64,000 bases of DNA from Macrostomum hystrix. Taxonomy: Eukaryota; Animalia; Platyhelminthes. The DNA is taken from positions 2,976,001 to 3,040,000 of the forward strand of contig CATNEN010000003.1 of NCBI GenBank assembly GCA_950097015.1. The letters run 5' to 3'. The translations under genes were made by a program, and so were the position numbers. Below are positions 52,252-64,000 of this stretch, piece after piece (position 1 is the first letter of the stretch; every line of letters starts with the position of its first letter). The notes beneath the pieces were generated by a model, which saw only the letters and a program-made list of their open reading frames with translations, was not told the DNA's origin and searched no databases.

Positions 52252-52805
52252 TATGCTCAATCTGAGGATCTGGGAAGATGACTGCTCAATCTGAGCATGG
52301 TTGCTCAATTTGAGGATCTGGGAAGATGACTGCTCAATCTGAGCATGGTTGCTCAATCTGAGGATCTGGGAAGATGACTGCTCAATCTGAGCATGGTTGC
52401 TCAATCTGAGGATCTGGGAAGATGACTGCTCAATCTGAGCATGGTTGCTCAATTTGAGGATCTGGGAAGATGACTGCTCAATCTGAGCATGGTTGCTCAA
52501 TCTGAGGATCTGGGAGGATGGCTGCTCAATCTGAGCATGGTTGCTCAATCTGAGGATCTGGGAGGATGGCTGCTCAATCTGAGGATCTGGGAGGATGAGT
52601 GCTCAATCTGAGCATGGTTGCTCAATTTGAGGATCTGGGAAGATGACTGCTCAATCTGAGCATGGTTGCTCAATCTGAGGATCTGGGAAGATGACTGCTC
52701 AATCTGAGCATGGTTGCTCAATTTGAGGATCTGGGAAGATGACTGCTCAATCTGAGCATGGTTGCTCAATCTGAGGATCTGGGAGGATGGCTGCTCAATC
52801 TGATG
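52252..52805. repeat. 48-bp minisatellite (GCTCAATCTGAGGATCTGGGAAGATGACTGCTCAATCTGAGCATGGTT)n
   Basis: About 11 copies. Confidence 0.95.
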
Positions 52806-53299
52806 ATCCGGGTGCATCAAAATTTTCAGTTTTTATTGAGGTTCAAAGTCTGAAACTTCCACAGGCATTTTAGTGAGTTTCTATTTTAAAAAGTTGCAGT
52901 CGGTAAATATCCGTCCATTATTTACAAAATTAAATAAAAGCAAGTTTTTTAAGGATATGCGCAGTAAATTAAATAGGCTTAAAATATTGTAAGAGAGAAA
53001 GTTTTTTTAAAAGGAAAATGGAAAAACGAAAGAAATCTTGGAGAGAGAGAAATCTAGACAGGACCGAAAGTAATAAAACTTTTGTTTTGTTGTGCACAAA
53101 GCATTTTTCAAAATTATTTCATTCAGGCTCTGCGTGACCAGCAAATAATACTAAACAAATAATGCGTGGGCGTTGCTTTACTTTATTCAGTATGGAGCAT
53201 ACAAACTAGTCTAGCAGTATAGCAGCCATCCTTAAAAAATAGCTTAGAATGTTTCAGATTATATCTCAACATTTATAATAACCCATCGATATTGGTAGG

Positions 53300-55762
53300 C
53301 ATGACTGCTCAATGTGCGGATCTGGGATAATGACTGCTCAATGTGCGGATCTGGGATAATGACTGCTCAATGTGCGGATCTGGGATAATGACTGCTCAAT
53401 GTGCGGATCTGGGATAATGACTGCTCAATGTGCGGATCTGGGACAATGACTGCTCAATGTGCGGATCTGGGATAATGACTGCTCAATCTGAGGATCTGAG
53501 ATAATGACTGCTCAATGTGCGGATCTGGGACAATGACTGCTCAATGTGCGGATCTGGGATAATGACTGCTCAATCTGAGGATCTGAGATAATGACTGCTC
53601 AATCTGAGGATCTGAGATAATGACTGCTCAATCTGAGGATCTGGGATAATGACTGCTCAATCTGAGGATCTGAGATAATGACTGCTCAATCTGAGGATCT
53701 GGGATAATGACTGCTCAATCTGAGGATCTGAGATAATGACTGCTCAATCTGAGGATCTGAGATAATGACTGATCAATCTGAGGATCTGGGATAATGACTG
53801 CTCAATCTGAGATAATGACTGCTCAATCTGAGATAATGACTGCTCAATCTGAGGATCTGGGATAATGCCTGCTCAATCTGAGATAATGACTGCTCAATCT
53901 GAGGATCTGGGATAATGACTGCTCAATCTGAGGATCTGGGATAATGACTGCTCAATCTGAGATAATGACTGCTCAATCTGTGGATCTGGGATAATGACTG
54001 CTCATTCTGAGGATCTGGGATAATGACTGCTCAATCTGAGATAATGACTGCTCAATCTGAGGATCTGAGATAATGACTGCTCAATCTGAGGATCTGGGAT
54101 AATGACTGCTCAATCTGAGGATCTGGGATAATGACTGCTCAATGTGCGGATCTGGGATAATGACTGCTCAATGTGCGGATCTGGGATAATGACTGCTCAA
54201 TGTGCGGATCTGGGATAATGACTGCTCAATGTGCGGATCTGGGATAATGACTGCTCAATCTGAGGATCTGGGATAATGACTGCTCAATGTGCGGATCTGG
54301 GATAATGACTGCTCAATGTGCGAATCTGGGATAATGACTGCTCAATGTGCGGATCTGGGATAATGACTGCTCAATGTGCGGATCTGGGATAATGACTGCT
54401 CAATGTGCGGATCTGGGATAATGACTGCTCAATGTGCGGATCTGGGATAATGACTGCTCAATCTGAGGATCTGGGATAATGCCTGCTCAATCTGAGATAA
54501 TGACTGCTCAATCTGAGGATCTGGGATAATGACTGCTCAATCTGAGGATCTGGGATAATGACTGCTCAATCTGAGATAATGACTGCTCAATCTGTGGATC
54601 TGGGATAATGACTGCTCATTCTGAGGATCTGGGATAATGACTGCTCAATCTGAGATAATGACTGCTCAATCTGAGGATCTGAGATAATGACTGCTCAATC
54701 TGAGGATCTGGGATAATGACTGCTCAATCTGAGGATCTGGGATAATGACTGCTCAATGTGCGGATCTGGGATAATGACTGCTCAATGTGCGGATCTGGGA
54801 TAATGACTGCTCAATGTGCGGATCTGGGATAATGACTGCTCAATGTGCGGATCTGGGATAATGACTGCTCAATCTGAGGATCTGGGATAATGACTGCTCA
54901 ATGTGCGGATCTGGGATAATGACTGCTCAATGTGCGAATCTGGGATAATGACTGCTCAATGTGCGGATCTGGGATAATGACTGCTCAATGTGCGGATCTG
55001 GGATAATGACTGCTCAATGTGCGGATCTGGGATAATGACTGCTCAATGTGCGGATCTGGGATAATGACTGCTCAATGTGCGAATCTGGGATAATGACTGC
55101 TCAATGTGCGGATCTGGGATAATGACTGATCAATGTGCGAATCTGGGATAATGACTGCTTAATGTGCGAATCTGGGATAATGACTGCTCAATGTGCGAAT
55201 CTGGGATAATGACTGCTCAATGTGCGGATCTGGGATAATGACTGCTCAATGTGCGGATCTGGGATAATGACTGCTCAATCTGAGGATCTGAGATAATGAC
55301 TGCTCAATCTGAGGATCTGGGATAATGACTGCTCAATCTGAGGATCTGAGATAATGACTGCTCAATCTGAGGATCTGAGATAATGACTGATCAATCTGAG
55401 GATCTGGGATAATGACTGCTCAATCTGAGATAATGACTGCTCAATCTGAGATAATGACTGCTCAATCTGAGGATCTGGGATAATGCCTGCTCAATCTGAG
55501 ATAATGACTGCTCAATCTGAGGATCTGGGATAATGACTGCTCAATCTGAGGATCTGGGATAATGACTGCTCAATCTGAGATAATGACTGCTCAATCTGTG
55601 GATCTGGGATAATGACTGCTCATTCTGAGGATCTGGGATAATGACTGCTCAATCTGAGATAATGACTGCTCAATCTGAGGATCTGAGATAATGACTGCTC
55701 AATCTGAGGATCTGGGATAATGACTGCTCAATCTGAGGATCTGAGATAATTGCTGCTTAATC
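53300..55762. repeat. 29-bp satellite (GATAATGACTGCTCAATGTGCGGATCTGG / ...TCTGAGGATCTG)n with 20-bp deletion variants
   Basis: About 90 units; a variant block recurs (GCCTGCTC at ~53867, 54481, 55485). Confidence 0.96.
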
Positions 55763-56489
55763 TAATTCTAGGTGATGTAATTAAAACCAGATTAGGCGGT
55801 AAAATAACAGCAGGAATGAAAGGCTATTCAATGAAGTCCTGTGTTGGTAAAAAACTCAATTACACAGTGATGGGACAGCAGACCATAAAGTACATTATTT
55901 ATTTACACTGACAAGCAGCAGTGAGCTGTCTTACTGCAGGGCTATATAAACAATTGAATTTAGTTAGTGTTCACGATCAAGACACGAGAAATGAATAAGC
56001 ATTCTTATGAAAGTGGTAATTTGTACGCAATATATAGACATAAAATTCCTAAAAGCAACACAACACTGAGTACAGAGCAATTTGAGAATTACACTAATTT
56101 AAAGAAAATCTTTTTCTTTTCAAAAAGAACTCGGCAAACGATTGTGTCCATTAAAATTAAAGTGCGCTTTTAACAACAACTAGAATAATAGAATACTGTA
56201 ATTGTAGCATGATATACGTATAAATATATATATGAAATTAACTGACAGATTGAAACATGCACAGCTAAACTTTCACAGACAAATAGCATTGGAAACGATT
56301 AATCATCTAACAGTTCTGATTAGAGACAGCGCAAGTTACTGTTTCAACACAACTTACATACTATACTTCACAATATACTACAGAAACAAGTCGTTGCATT
56401 GCGTTGTGTTGTGTACAAATTTGACAGCTTAAACACAACAACGGGGTGGTGGCAATAAGGGTGGCCGACGGGCAGATGTGCGGACAGAA

Positions 56490-57000
56490 AGACAAGCAGG
56501 CAGACAAGTGGATGGGTAGATAGTAAGGTAGATAGACAAGTGGATGGGTAGATAGTAAGGTAGATAGACAAGTGGATGGGTAGATAGTAAGGTAGATAGA
56601 CAAGTGGATGGGTAGATAGTAAGGTAGATAGACAAGTGGATGGGTAGACAGACAAGTAGATAGGTTGACAGACAGGTAGACTGACGGGTAGACAAGCGGG
56701 TAGATGGGCAGGTAGACGGACAGGTAGACAGGCAGGTAGACATGCAGGTAGACAGGCAGGTAGGCAGGCAGGTAGAAAGACAGGTATACAGACAGGTTAG
56801 ACAGGCAGGTAGATAGGCAGGTAGAAAGACAGGTATACAGACAGGTTGACAGGCTGGTAGACAGACAGGTAGACAGATAGGTAGACAGTAGATGGTAGAT
56901 GGGTAGACAGACGGGTAGACAGACGGGTAGACAGACGGGTAGACAGACGGGTAGACAGACGGGTAGACAGACGGGTAGACAGACGGGTAGACAGATAGGC
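56490..57000. repeat. Compound purine-rich repeat: 32-bp (GACAAGTGGATGGGTAGATAGTAAGGTAGATA)n grading into 12-bp (GGGTAGACAGAC)n
   Basis: Visible tandem units 3' of the RAD54L2 stop. Confidence 0.9.
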
Positions 57001-57278
57001 ATACATACAGGTAGAGGCGAAGAGGCAGGACAAGCTATTTACATTGGATTTACTGCAAAAATTCGAAAAAAAAATTATTTTGGCAATGGATAATTTTATA
57101 ATTGACAACGAGATCAGAAAACACGTTATTGAATACAAAAAAAGAATTACGGCATAACAGAAGCAAGTTAAGCAAAGATAAATTGGATTAGCTCTTAAGG
57201 ATTCGCGCCAACTAAATCTGAGAAACTAAACAAAATAGGTGGCCAATATCTGCAACACAAATAAGCAATTAACATTGA

Positions 57279-60029
57279 TCAGATTGGCTTGCCAAATGTT
57301 GAACCGAATGACGGGAGACCAGAGTCACCATTGGATGCCATGCCAAACTGGGCGTCTAGGGCCGACAGAGAGTCCCAAAGATCGTCTGGCACGTCGTAGC
57401 TTCCAGGCTGTGTCAGCGGCGGGACAGGCTGCTGCTGCTGCTGCTGCTGCTGCTGATTTGGCGGCATATCGAACTGTTCCAAGAAGTCCGCAGAATGAGT
57501 GCCAACATTTGTTGCCTGATTTGGCCCATTTATTAATTGGGCTTGCTGACCAAAATAGGTGCTACCAGTAGCTGGATTAACCGGTTGCTGATTTAGCTGC
57601 TGCTGGGCTGCAGGCGACAAATAGCTATTGTAAATTCCAGTAGGCAACTGAACTCCAGGATAGCCACTGGGAGACTGCTGATGCTGATGCTGCTGCTGCT
57701 GCTGCTGCCAGCTCATTGCCGGAGATTGTGCCAGATGCTGCGGATGAGAATACTGATGTTGCGTAGCCCACTGCTGCTGCTGCTGCTGCTGCTGACTGTG
57801 ATGATGATGATAAGGCATTGGCGACAAATATGGCTGCTGTGTAGTCTGAGGATAGCCAGGCTGATAATGCTGCTGCTGACTATGATACTGCTGCTGCTGC
57901 TGCTGATTTGGTATCACAGGCAGCTGATAAGCCTGGAGCTGGGCAATTTTCTGAGACTGAACAGGCGCAGCAGTCGCACTAAGCATAGTAGGATCTGGTG
58001 CCGCAACAGCAGCCTCTGCGGCTTTCTTCTTCTTGTGAGAATTTTTAGCTGCTGCAGCGCTGGCAGGCGACCCCGTAGCTGTCTGACGCTGCCTGCCCTT
58101 CTTAGCCGTAGACTGAGAATTCATAGTCGGCGATGCGGTTACAGGAGTTTTCGGCGAAGGCGACTGAACGGAAACCGATGAGCGGCGAAAACTGCTAGAC
58201 AATGCCTGCATATTAAATTGGTTCGTTTTGTGAAGACATGGACGAGGAGGCCATAAAAATTTACTAAATACACAAATTCTCAATCACAGACAAGCTACAT
58301 TTCAGACCTCGACAATAATTCGCTTATTATTTGAACTTACATTATATCTATCAACAGACTTACAGACACTTGCCGTCAGAGTTACAGTTACCATAGAAAC
58401 CTACAGACACTTACCATAGAAACCTACAGACACTTATCATAGAAACCTACAGACACCATAGAAACCTACAGACACTTACCATAGAAACCTACAGACACTT
58501 ATCATAGAAACCTACAGACACCATAGAAACCTACAGACACTTACCATAGAAACCTACAGACACTTATCATAGAAACCTACAGACACCATAGAAACCTACA
58601 GACACTTATCATAGAAACCTACAGACACCATAGAAACCTACAGACACTTATCATAGAAACCTACAGACACCATAGAAACCTACAGACACTTACCATAGAA
58701 ACCTACAGACATTTACCATAGAAACCTACAGACATTTACTATTGCAGTATAGTTGTTTTAGTAGTAGCTATATATCCATTTCCATATCCAAATCCTCACT
58801 CACCATTGACAGACGATTCTCAGCTTCAGGCGAATTCATCTCGGCGATGCTGCGGACGTAATCGTTTATGAAATCATCCACGCTGCCAGTGCCGGACGTG
58901 CTTGCAGTTTCAGCCGTAACTGACGAAGGATCTGAAGATGCGGAAAATGACGAAGCTGTTTGTTGCCGCGATGGTAGCAACTGAGTTGATGGAGGCTGCG
59001 GTTCTGAGGGCTGCTGCTGCTGCTGCTGCTGCTTCTGCGCTGCCAGCCCTTGAGAACTCTGAGAAGGCTGAAGCGGTAGCAGCCGTGGCTGCTGGTGCTG
59101 CTGCTGTGGCCGGATGCCAAGAGTAGCTGGTCTGGTACGCGAGGCGGCCGCCATCTTGGCAAACTGTTCCACCCTGGCGTTGGTGTCGGCGATTGCCTGA
59201 ATGTCTGATCGTGACAACTGTCTAGCCGGTATTCCAACACTGACAGACGAAACTGTCGCCGACTGTTGCTGCTGCTGCTGCTGCTGCTGCTGTACAGCTG
59301 AGGAAAACATAGAAGACGATGTGACAGTAGTGGCAGGCCTATTAGAATCAGACACGATGGGTGTAGTTCTCATACTAGCTTGCGAAGTGATAGCCGAACT
59401 GACAGACAGAGACGCGGCCGTATCAGGTGTAGAGCCGCTAGTAGCTAGACTAGCCTTAGGCCTGACAGCATACATTTTTCCATTAGGCAATTGCATATAG
59501 GATGCTGTGCTACTTCTCAGCATTGTGACAGGCGTACCAGTTGGTATCCTGGATTGAATCGGTTTGCCATCGATGGTGTTAACACCAGGCGGTGGCTTAC
59601 TGCACACTGTAATGTCCGTTGTCACTAATACGTGTTCTATTGTGAAACCCTGCTGTTGCATGCTATGCAGGAATTGCTGACGCTTCTGAATCTGCAACTG
59701 CTGCTGCTGCTGCTGCATAACTGACGGGCTCATTAATTTATTTAAATAGTTGCCCTGACCAGAAGGCGCTAAATTCTTGAAACCAGAAGGAAACGCTCGC
59801 GTGTCCAGTATAGGAGCGGCTCCACCACTGCTGCTGGGCACATAGATAGTTGAGAAGGCTTCTCGAAAGCCCTGCCTAGAAATGCCGCAATTTAATTTGT
59901 CGCGTTCGTAATATTCTCTAGCCCTGCGCTTCTCGGCTCTGGTTAGTTTGGCTTCTTGACGATCTAGAAGCAATGATTCGTGAGTGAATGGCGCACTGCT
60001 TAGTATTTGGCTAATGCCGGCTATTGCTG

Positions 60030-60075
<46 letters not shown>

Positions 60076-63000
60076 ATCGGGTTCAAGTCTGACTGCCGGT
60101 TCGGCTGTGCCTAGCAGAATGCGTTCCAGCATGAAATCTGGCGACTCCTTGATGGCGGCCTAGAATAAAAAAGTTGCATTAATTATTGAAATCATATAAT
60201 ACTAATAGTAATATTTGCGGTAAGGCGCATCATTAAGTGTTCATCTGCACTCACACAGGCGTGTACATCTTTCAAATTCTATAATTGAAACTCAGGTATA
60301 CTAGGTTAGACAGGCCGCTCGCCCTCACCACACTACTGATGATACCCAGTAGCATGTTAACTTTCAAACAAACGCAGAGTACATATGTTTACTAAATGAA
60401 AATTAACCCTACCAAATTTCTACTTTAATAAACTCGTACATTATAAGCAATAGATAGAATCTGGCTCAAAGACACAATTTGTATTCCTTGGGCTGCGATT
60501 CGAACTCAAGACCACCCGATTATAAAAGACCTGAAGCTCTAATGATTGGACTACAACCTAGTATGAAATGAAACTTAAACTAATTTAAAGCGGTAAAGAC
60601 TACTAAAAAAGATTCAGTAGTATGTGCAGGATTGGCAACTTGAAAGAAAAAACAGATCATACCTGGACATCATCAGCAGACGGCGGTTTGACATCCGGAC
60701 TAGGCCGATAATCCATCAATAGCATAACCTGCTGCCTAGTAAACTGACAATTCGGATTCATTTCGTCAACAATTCGATCCGCAACACTCTGCTTAGACAC
60801 CTGTCTATCGTAGATCTTTCTTTCCATTGTATTGTCGGTGATTAGTCGGTAGATATAGCAAGGCTTAGTCTGGCCGTAACGATAGACTCGACAGACGGCC
60901 TGACAGTCGTGACAAGGATTCCAGGACGCGTCCATGACAACCACGCGATTAGCACCAATAAGATTGATGCCCAGACACCCGGCCCTAGTGCTCAGTAGAA
61001 ACAATTTAGCCTGGCTATCTGTCGCATTGAACGAGTTTATCATCTTCTCTCGATCGCTGGCAGCCGTGGAACCGTCCAGACGAAAATAACTGACACCTTT
61101 GCACCATTTCTCTGCAACCGTAGAATCTGTGTCCGCAGAGTCCGGATCAATACGCCAGGTTCTCAGAAACTGTTCCAATAGATCCAGAGTGAACAGTGAC
61201 TGGCTAAACACTAGCAGTTTATCATTGCGAGAGACGCACTCATTCAAGATTCGCTGGAAAACAAGTATCTTGGCGCCATTCTCCAATAGATTCGGAGTGT
61301 AATTTTGCATCAGTTCCTCGGCCCAGTCCAGAGATAGAACTGAATTATCGCCAGTTGGAACGCTGACATTGCTAAACAGATCGCTATTGTCACTTTTCTG
61401 CGACATTGCCCGACGCCCGGGACGACGTTTGGCTACGCCAGAAGAAGTGGCGCTGACTGCGGATGCCGATGAAGCGACAGATTCAGCTAAGGAGGCTTCG
61501 CTTTGCACAGCTGGCAAGGCGGAAGAGGTGGCAGCGGTGGCGCCGCCGCCATCTACATCGCAGGTGTAGTCAATGTCCAGATCATCAGCAGCAGCAGCTG
61601 GATTGGCAGATTTGGCAGCCAACAGGTGATACAAGATATCCGGATGATTCCAGATTTTGCAGCCAACAGCGAATGCTTTCAAAGGATTAGCGGCTGCCCA
61701 GCCAGCTAGGCCCTGATTCTGTAGGCTGAGCATGAATTTGGCATACAATGCCTCCTGGATTGGGCTCATCTTCAATAATAGAACAAATTCAGTCTTTGGC
61801 GGCAAAGATTTCTGCAGTACAGAATGCGATCTGCGCTGTACAAAGCCAGATAATAGTTCGTGTAGAACGTGAGCTCTGTAGCGCATCAGCTTGCGATCGG
61901 ACTCAGTGGAATCGATACACTGACCGTTGCTAATCGGCCGTTCAAACATGTTTGAGAACTGCTGCTTGGTGCCTAAGAAATTCGGTCTAACAAAGTCTAC
62001 CATGCACCAATACTCCAGTAGATTGTTCTGCAACGGATAGCCGGTCATGACAACTCGCCGGCGTGTCTTCAAGTTTTTCAAAGCCTTACTAATACCAGCT
62101 GAGGAGTTTTTAATTCGATGACCTTCGTCGCAGATGACAACCTGCGGTCCGGGATCGACTAGGGCGGACCGAACCTCCTCCCACATTGTTAGGGCCTCGT
62201 CTTCTTTGTCTACATCGATAACAATGGGATCTGGTGGTGCTGGATCTGGTTTAGACTGCGACTGGGATGCACCAGCGGCACTTTGCAGGCTTGCTGAGCT
62301 GGCGGATTTCCGGCTCATTGAGCGGCCGCCGCCGCCGCCGCTGGCGCCGGCTCGATAACGTTTCTGCAGCAACAGGCGAAACATCTCGTAGCCTAATAGC
62401 AGCACACCTCCGCCTTCCTGCCATTGCCTGATGACCTTGTGCCTGCGATTGGTTTATGTCATTTGATTCATTTACAGTTAGGACCGGGTTTCCCTCACAA
62501 GCTATGGTATCAGGATTCCCCCATTGACCATGCGATCGGCATTCTCTTAAGACCATTGGTTGGGATTCTACTAAGTCTAAGTGATTGGGATTCCTTTAAG
62601 ACTAAGTGATTGGGATTCCTTTAAGTCTATGTGATTGGGATTCCTTTAAGACTAAGTGATTGGGATTCCTTTAAGACTATGTGATTGGGATTCCCCATTG
62701 ACCATGCGACCGGGATTCCCCTAAGATCACGTGATTGGGATACTCCTAAGACCATGTGATCGGGATTCCCCTAATACTATGCTATTGGGATTTCCCTAAG
62801 ACTATGCGATCGGGATTACCCTAATACTGTGCTATTGGGATTTCCCTAAGACCATGCGATCGGGATTCCCCTAAGTCTATGCGAACAGGATTTACCTAAG
62901 ACTTTGCGATCGGGATTCCCCTAAGACCATGGGATCCGGTATTCCTCAAAAATCGGGATTCCCATATAAACTATGGTGCTTAAGAAAAATATGGGACAGG

Positions 63001-63455
63001 GATTCACCATAGACCATAACAGCGGGACTTTTATTTGAGACTGGGATTTTCTTACATAGCACGGGAATTTTTTTTGCATTTTGAACTTCCTCCTTCAAAT
63101 TTAAGCAAAAAGTAATCGGGATTCATATTTCCGAATCGAAACTTCGATCCTTACAATTATAATACTGGGATTGCAGATCCCGTATAGGGAACATGGGAAT
63201 CAAGAATATCTATAATAAAACAATTAGCACGATTATATCTCTGGGATATTACCTGGCAGTCATAGTCTTGCAAGAGTCGCTAATAACTTGTAGAGGAAAT
63301 TTTCTTCTATCATTCTCATCTGGGCAGGCCGACTCATCGGCTGGTAGCCAATGATTGAATTCGGCCACCCAGTTCTGAATGGTGTTGATTGGCACTATGA
63401 TTAGCACCGATTTCACTCCGACACCATTGAATAGGGCGTGGCAGAAGGCGCACAC
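57279..63455 (-). CDS. RAD54L2: SNF2-family helicase ARIP4 (RAD54-like 2), 5'-partial; complement(join(57279..58205,58804..60159,60663..62442,63253..63455))
   Basis: VPINTIQNW..EF..WLP, GYEMFR, DPGP.VVICDEGHRIKN, TGYPLQNNL.EYWCMVDFVRPN.LG, YFRLDGST, LFLLSTRAGCLGINLIGANRVVV.DASWNPCHD.QAVCRVYRYGQ (ARIP4-type); four exons join in frame; polyQ-rich C-terminus; earlier exons lie beyond the window. Confidence 0.92.
58389..58740. repeat. 23/19-bp minisatellite (ACCATAGAAACCTACAGACACTT)n in the last RAD54L2 intron
   Basis: About 16 copies with 4-nt deletion variants. Confidence 0.94.
60490..60556 (-). mobile_element. tRNA-like SINE head remnant in RAD54L2 intron
   Basis: Minus strand TGTAGTCCAATCATTAGAGC...GAGTTCGAATC resembles A/B boxes; no intact cloverleaf. 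Confidence 0.45.
62500..62975. repeat. Degenerate ~29-bp GGGATTCCCCTAAGAC-core minisatellite in RAD54L2 intron
   Basis: Repeated TGGGATTCC...TAAGAC units. Confidence 0.85.
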
Positions 63456-63609
63456 CTGAAAGGTTTTTAGAGTAGCGTCTTGTATATTAGAAATGCAACT
63501 AAAAGTTTTATTTAACTTGGTGTCTAATAAACGTCTAACATATTTTAATAGCAGGTTTCTAACTGTCAGATTCATTCTAACAGGTTTCTAAAATATTAAC
63601 ACGTGTGAA

Positions 63610-63850
63610 GGGGCTTTCGGCCTAGTAGTGAGAGCGTCGGACTACGACTTGAAGGTCGGGTGTTCGATTCCCGACTGTACTGGAAAAATTTTTGGAACTT
63701 AACTCTGGATTGCTTCACGGCTGTTAAATAGGTACCAGTAGTAGCTTGGGTTATTTAGGGTGGGTGTGGCATCCCCCAGTCCATGGACTGAGCAGCCGTA
63801 CGCAGCTATCAGATACGCAGCGCAATAGCTGTGGCTGCACATCTGACCAA
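63610..63850 (+). mobile_element. tRNA-derived SINE family B, near full length, in RAD54L2 intron
   Basis: A-box-like TCGGCCTAGTAGT and B box GTTCGATTCC; body shared with copies at 12945 and 37470. Confidence 0.7.
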
Positions 63851-64000
63851 TATGGGGCAGGTGTCTAAGAGATTTTAACAGGTGTCTAACAGATTATAAT
63901 AGGTTTCTAATAAATTAACATGTATCTAACTGATTCTAACTGGAGTCTGCTTGATTCTATTAGGTGTCTAACTGATTCTAACATCTGTCTAACGGATCGT

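Noticed and set aside
5590-55762. Tandem arrays as CRISPR-like loci
   Set aside because: No unique spacers, no cas genes, eukaryotic context
38154-57138. Repetitive ORFs at 38.2, 39.2, 42.7, 45.0, 52.2 and 56.4 kb
   Set aside because: All are minisatellite translations without unique coding context
57681-62358. Plus-strand poly-Leu/Ala/Cys ORFs
   Set aside because: Antisense shadows of RAD54L2 CAG-rich exons

Overview
Eukaryotic (animal) genomic DNA with spliceosomal GT-AG introns. The density of 12-48 bp minisatellites, pure-CAG polyQ coding and gene content suggest a free-living flatworm such as Macrostomum (inference only). Seven protein-coding genes could be reconstructed with frame-consistent splice sites. 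On the + strand: a secreted pancreatic-lipase-family enzyme without a PLAT domain, and a secreted M13/neprilysin-like peptidase with an altered third zinc ligand. On the - strand: FITM2 (its second intron is a ~20 kb 21-bp satellite), FAM241B, an MTMR6/7/8-clade myotubularin with a degenerate FYVE domain, a 117-aa orphan single-pass membrane protein, and the 3' part of RAD54L2/ARIP4. About half the window is tandem repeat. Most long ORFs in the supplied track are translations of these repeats, not genes. Mobile DNA includes an internally deleted mariner element with ~120-bp TIRs, two tRNA-derived SINE families and a probable MITE. The most intriguing patterns are satellite monomers carrying recognisable functional motifs: ~28 perfect EGR sites in one intron, GATA cores in about half the arrays, CCAAT boxes upstream of FAM241B, and splice-site or microexon motifs in intronic arrays. 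None is demonstrated functional from sequence alone.
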